Shown piece after piece: positions 59,722-64,000 of a stretch of DNA of 64,000 bases. Source of the DNA: Escherichia phage PECP20; sequence record OQ873415.1; one strand, written 5' to 3'. How positions within the stretch are numbered: the stretch's first letter is position 1; every line of letters starts with the position of its first letter. A program made the position numbers and the translations under genes. A model generated the notes under the pieces. It saw only the letters and a list, made by a program, of their open reading frames with translations. It did not search any database and was not told the DNA's origin.

Positions 59722-61290
59722 ATGACTACTATCAAAACTAAAGCTCAGCTCGTAGACAAATGGAAAGAACTGCTGGAAGGTGAAGGCCTGCCGGAAATCG
59801 CTAATAGCAAGCAGGCTATTATCGCTAAAATCTTCGAAAACCAGGAAAAAGATTTCGAAGTATCCCCTGAATATAAAGACGAGAAAATCGCTCAGGCATT
59901 TGGTTCTTTCTTGACCGAAGCTGAAATTGGTGGTGACCATGGTTATAATGCTCAGAACATCGCAGCAGGTCAAACCTCTGGTGCAGTAACCCAAATTGGG
60001 CCGGCCGTTATGGGTATGGTTCGTCGTGCTATTCCTAATCTGATCGCTTTTGATATTTGTGGTGTTCAGCCTATGAACAGCCCGACCGGTCAGGTATTTG
60101 CTCTCCGTGCAGTATATGGTAAAGACCCTATCGCTGCTGGCGCTAAAGAAGCTTTCCATCCGATGTATGCCCCAGACGCGATGTTCTCTGGTCAGGGTGC
60201 TGCTAAGAAATTCCCAGCTCTGGCTGCTGACACTACTACTGTTGTAGGTGATATCTATACTCACTTCTTCCAAGAAACTGGTACTGTATATCTGCAAGCT
60301 TCTGCTGTCGTAACACTTGATTCTGGTGCAACTGATGCAGCTAAATTAGATGCAGAAGTTAAGAAACAAATGGAAGCTGGTGCACTGGTAGAAATCGCTG
60401 AAGGTATGGCTACTTCTATCGCTGAACTCCAGGAAGGTTTCAACGGTTCTACCGATAACCCATGGAATGAAATGGGCTTCCGTATCGATAAACAAGTTAT
60501 CGAAGCTAAATCTCGCCAGCTGAAAGCTGCTTACTCTATCGAATTAGCACAAGACCTCCGTGCAGTACACGGTATGGATGCTGATGCTGAACTGAGCGGT
60601 ATTCTGGCTACAGAAATTATGCTAGAAATCAACCGTGAAGTTGTTGATTGGATTAACTACTCAGCACAGGTCGGTAAATCTGGTATGACCCTGACTCCTG
60701 GTTCTAAAGCTGGTGTATTTGACTTCCAGGACCCGATTGATATCCGTGGTGCTCGTTGGGCCGGTGAAAGCTTTAAATCTCTGTTGTTCCAGATTGATAA
60801 AGAAGCAGTTGAAATTGCTCGTCAAACCGGTCGTGGTGAAGGTAACTTCATTATCGCTTCCCGTAACGTAGTTAACGTACTGGCTTCAGTTGATACTGGT
60901 ATTTCTTACGCTGCACAGGGTCTGGCTTCCGGTTTTAATACCGACACTACTAAGTCTGTATTTGCCGGTGTACTTGGTGGTAAATACCGCGTATACATCG
61001 ACCAGTATGCTAAACAGGATTACTTCACCGTTGGTTACAAAGGCGCTAACGAAATGGATGCAGGTATCTACTATGCTCCTTACGTTGCACTTACCCCACT
61101 GCGTGGTTCCGATCCTAAGAACTTCCAGCCGGTAATGGGCTTTAAAACTCGTTACGGTATCGGTGTTAACCCGTTTGCTGAAAGTTCCCTGCAGGCTCCA
61201 GGTGCTCGCATCCAGTCCGGTATGCCGTCTATCCTGAACAGCCTTGGTAAGAACGCTTACTTCCGCCGTGTATATGTAAAAGGCATCTAA
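59722..61290 (+). CDS. 23: major capsid protein gp23
   Basis: 522 aa, very close to T4 gp23 as recalled (MTTIKTKAQLVDKWKELLEGEGLPEIANSKQAIIAKIFENQ...). Confidence 0.97.
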   Translation: MTTIKTKAQLVDKWKELLEGEGLPEIANSKQAIIAKIFENQEKDFEVSPEYKDEKIAQAFGSFLTEAEIGGDHGYNAQNIAAGQTSGAVTQIGPAVMGMVRRAIPNLIAFDICGVQPMNSPTGQVFALRAVYGKDPIAAGAKEAFHPMYAPDAMFSGQGAAKKFPALAADTTTVVGDIYTHFFQETGTVYLQASAVVTLDSGATDAAKLDAEVKKQMEAGALVEIAEGMATSIAELQEGFNGSTDNPWNEMGFRIDKQVIEAKSRQLKAAYSIELAQDLRAVHGMDADAELSGILATEIMLEINREVVDWINYSAQVGKSGMTLTPGSKAGVFDFQDPIDIRGARWAGESFKSLLFQIDKEAVEIARQTGRGEGNFIIASRNVVNVLASVDTGISYAAQGLASGFNTDTTKSVFAGVLGGKYRVYIDQYAKQDYFTVGYKGANEMDAGIYYAPYVALTPLRGSDPKNFQPVMGFKTRYGIGVNPFAESSLQAPGARIQSGMPSILNSLGKNAYFRRVYVKGI

Positions 61291-61314
61291 TCTTAATTGA
61301 TTAAATCTTATTTT

Positions 61315-61344
61315 GGGAGACTTCGGTCTCCCATTTTTGGTTTT
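61315..61344 (+). terminator. rho-independent terminator after gene 23
   Basis: GGGAGAC-UUCG-GUCUCCC then AUUUUUGGUUUU. Confidence 0.65.
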
Positions 61345-61612
61345 ATTTCTGTGCAATTTCGATGTAAGTTTTCAAAATATTTTGCCAATTAGGCATACCT
61401 TCTTGGACATATGCTGGAGAACCATCTTTGTTTTTGAATGATGCAAGTTTATCAGTGGCCCAATAGCCTTTAGCTCGAGCTTCAGAATCAACTTTCATCC
61501 ATACTTTGTTGAAGGCATTACCATTAACTTTTGCACCGTATTTTTCTACTAACTTAACTGCTTCAGCTTCCAGAACTTTTAAAGTATCTCGTAAGAAACG
61601 TGCTTTAGTCAT
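61343..61612 (-). CDS. hypothetical protein, 89 aa, opposite strand between genes 23 and 24
   Basis: ORF track; GAGGAG RBS; early-promoter cassette upstream on minus strand. Confidence 0.6.
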   Translation of the reverse strand: MTKARFLRDTLKVLEAEAVKLVEKYGAKVNGNAFNKVWMKVDSEARAKGYWATDKLASFKNKDGSPAYVQEGMPNWQNILKTYIEIAQK

Positions 61613-61631
61613 TTTGTTTACTCCTCTGTAG

Positions 61632-61673
61632 TTGATAAGTCTATAGTATCACATACCAAATACGTTGTAAACA
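61632..61673 (-). promoter_or_regulatory. early promoter cassette driving the antisense ORF between genes 23 and 24
   Basis: Plus strand gttgataagtctatagtatcacataccaaatacgttgtaaac. Confidence 0.55.
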
Positions 61674-61678
61674 ATCTT

Positions 61679-61686
61679 TATAAATA
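61679..61686 (+). promoter_or_regulatory. late promoter TATAAATA upstream of gene 24
   Basis: Exact TATAAATA about 25 nt before start. Confidence 0.65.
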
Positions 61687-61713
61687 ATCTATATCACATA
61701 AGGAAAAAATGCA

Positions 61714-62997
61714 ATGAGTAAAATCCAAAAATTATTGCGTGAATCTACAACGTCTACTAGCAACTCAATCGGTCGCCCAAATCTCGTTGCTTTGACTCGC
61801 GCTACGACTAAATTAATATATTCTGACATTGTAGCAACACAAAGAACTAATCAACCTGTTGCTGCTTTTTATGGTATTAAATATCTTAACCCAGACAACG
61901 AATTAACGTTTAAAACTGGTGCTACTTATGCAGGTGAAGCTGGATATGTAGACCGAGAAAAAATTACCGAGCTCACAGAAGAATCAAAAGTCACACTAAA
62001 TAAAGGCGATTTTTTCAAATATAATAATATCGTCTATAAAGTGCTAGAAGATACACCATTTGCAGATATTCAAGAAAGTGATCTAGAATTAGCTCTTCAG
62101 ATTGCAGTTGTTCATTTAAAGGTACGGTTATTTTCAGATGCAGCGGTGACAAGCAAATTTGAAAGCTCCGGTAGCGAAATTTCCGATGCAAGATTCCAAA
62201 TTAATAAATGGCAAACTTCAGTCAAATCTCGTAAACTTAAAACCGGTCTCACGGTTGAATTAGCGCAAGATTTGGAAGCGAATGGATTTGATGCCCCTAA
62301 CTTCTTAGAAGATTTGCTTGCTACTGAAATGGCTGATGAAATTAATAAAGATATTCTTCAGTCTTTAATTACGGTATCGAAACGTTATAAAGTTACTGGA
62401 ATTACTGACACCGGATTTATTGACTTGAGCTATGCATCCGCTCCAGAAGCAGGTCGTTCGTTATATCGAATGGTGTGTGAAATGGTATCACACATTCAAA
62501 AAGAGTCAACTTATACTGCGACGTTTTGTGTAGCTTCAGCTCGTGCAGCTGCTATTCTTGCTGCTTCAGGTTGGTTAAAACATAAACCAGAAGATGATAA
62601 GTATCTTTCACAAAATGCTTACGGGTTCTTAGCTAATGGTTTACCGCTTTATTGCGATACTAACAGTCCATTAGATTATGTGATCGTTGGCGTAGTAGAA
62701 AATATCGGTGAAAAAGAAATTGTTGGATCAATTTTCTATGCCCCGTATACAGAAGGTCTCGACTTAGATGACCCTGAACATGTTGGTGCATTTAAAGTTG
62801 TAGTTGATCCAGAAAGCTTGCAACCGTCTATTGGTTTATTGGTTAGATACGCTTTATCAGCAAATCCTTACACAGTAGCAAAAGACGAAAAAGAAGCGAG
62901 AATAATTGATGGCGGGGACATGGATAAAATGGCAGGACGTTCAGACTTGTCTGTTTTACTTGGTGTTAAATTGCCTAAAATTATTATAGATGAATGA
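61714..62997 (+). CDS. 24: capsid vertex protein gp24
   Basis: 427 aa; gp23-like fold segments; late promoter TATAAATA upstream. Confidence 0.93.
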   Translation: MSKIQKLLRESTTSTSNSIGRPNLVALTRATTKLIYSDIVATQRTNQPVAAFYGIKYLNPDNELTFKTGATYAGEAGYVDREKITELTEESKVTLNKGDFFKYNNIVYKVLEDTPFADIQESDLELALQIAVVHLKVRLFSDAAVTSKFESSGSEISDARFQINKWQTSVKSRKLKTGLTVELAQDLEANGFDAPNFLEDLLATEMADEINKDILQSLITVSKRYKVTGITDTGFIDLSYASAPEAGRSLYRMVCEMVSHIQKESTYTATFCVASARAAAILAASGWLKHKPEDDKYLSQNAYGFLANGLPLYCDTNSPLDYVIVGVVENIGEKEIVGSIFYAPYTEGLDLDDPEHVGAFKVVVDPESLQPSIGLLVRYALSANPYTVAKDEKEARIIDGGDMDKMAGRSDLSVLLGVKLPKIIIDE

Positions 62998-63029
62998 AAA
63001 AAGGGGACCTTTACGGTCCCCTTTTTTCA
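62996..63029. terminator. bidirectional rho-independent terminator between gene 24 and rnlB
   Basis: AAAAAAGGGGACC-UUUAC-GGUCCCCUUUUUU; A-run and U-run flank a 7-bp stem. Confidence 0.7.
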
Positions 63030-64000
63030 TTATGATACTAATTCAATCCATGCAGGACGCAGAACATCTTGCACCATTCGGACTAATTCTTTCTTAACAA
63101 GATTCGGATTATCAGATGATGTTAATACAATGCCTTCACGAGAAGTTTCTTCCAGAATATCTTGAACAGTCAATCCCATCACTTTGCCAAAATCTTTCGG
63201 AGTTACTGTCCCAATCTTAGAAATCACATTGTTAACACGATTTAATGTAACATAACAAGCTAGAACATCAAGCAAGTTTTTGTCAATTTCGGTTAATGGA
63301 ACCTGAGTTTTAATAGGCTTATCAGACTTTTTCTTTTCACTGAATTTAGAGTTCTTGCACTTAATCGCTACACGAGTACCGTTTGGCAGCCATTTAGGGA
63401 AACAAGGCTTCAGAACATAACCTTCTGCGGTATTATCACCAATAACATTAGCATCAAATACGCAATTATTTGCTTCTACAAGGTCTTCCGATGCCGTAGC
63501 GTTATAAGCGGCTAAGACGGAATCAAGGTCGTTTTGAATCGTGATAAGAGCATCAAATGTTCCACGTCCAAGCATTGGTGCCATTTTAAAACCAAACGTA
63601 TTACAGAAATCTTGCATTTCGTAATCACTCATGTAATAAGTATCACCGCTTTCCGTGTTTATGATGATATCGAATACATAGAAATCTTTTTCACCGTAGT
63701 CAACACCTTTCTGAATTCCACCACCAGCGAATTCACCAAAGACTTGATATGTCACCGGCACTGAAGTTGAAATACTGTCCATGACTTCTTGAACACCTTT
63801 AATAGCCTTATCATACTTCTTGAGTACGATTTCATAACCATAAAAATCTTCTGCTGGAAGAATAGGGCCTGTGCGCTTGGCGCATGTGACGTTGTCACGT
63901 TCAATTATTAACGAGAAGTTGGTCCCATGGATTTTCTCACGTGCTACCCAAACACCAGTAGTCAAACCATTAGTGTAGAGTTTTTCAATAAACTTAGAGT
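63030..64000 (-). CDS. rnlB: RNA ligase 2, C-terminal part; gene start lies beyond the window end
   Basis: Translation continues in frame to the window edge (...[35 protein letters not shown]...), matching T4 Rnl2 as recalled, including the KIHG ligase motif. Confidence 0.85.
   Translation of the reverse strand, partial: SKFIEKLYTNGLTTGVWVAREKIHGTNFSLIIERDNVTCAKRTGPILPAEDFYGYEIVLKKYDKAIKGVQEVMDSISTSVPVTYQVFGEFAGGGIQKGVDYGEKDFYVFDIIINTESGDTYYMSDYEMQDFCNTFGFKMAPMLGRGTFDALITIQNDLDSVLAAYNATASEDLVEANNCVFDANVIGDNTAEGYVLKPCFPKWLPNGTRVAIKCKNSKFSEKKKSDKPIKTQVPLTEIDKNLLDVLACYVTLNRVNNVISKIGTVTPKDFGKVMGLTVQDILEETSREGIVLTSSDNPNLVKKELVRMVQDVLRPAWIELVS

Overview
This window is a T4-like (T-even, Tevenvirinae) myophage genome segment in two blocks. 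Positions 1-32704 are a densely packed early/accessory region on the minus strand: nrdD (N-terminal fragment), 49, nrdC, a run of unrecognised ORFs, rI, tk, regB, a GrcA-like glycyl-radical protein, denV, e, nudE, a long accessory stretch, two tRNAs plus a tRNA-like RNA, an ipI-like gene, 57B/57A, 1, 3, 2 and 4. Positions 32766-62997 are the late structural module on the plus strand: 53, 5, 5.1, 5.4, 6-12, wac, 13-24, followed by rnlB on the minus strand running off the window end. The early block carries a repeated early-promoter cassette (GTTTAC -35, about 17 nt, TATAGT-like -10, often with an inverted repeat), and the late genes carry TATAAATA late promoters. All protein identifications rest on my own reading of the translations against sequences recalled from memory; no database search was run. 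The best candidates for something undescribed are in the accessory stretches: a nucleotidyltransferase/P-loop ATPase/secreted-peptide cluster (6.8-9.2 kb), three tandem small paralogs with an invariant C-terminal W-x-SSS-x-x-C tail (22.2-23.0 kb), capsid-targeted internal-protein-like genes, a macro-domain protein, and a GrcA-like gene whose 3' half looks host-derived.
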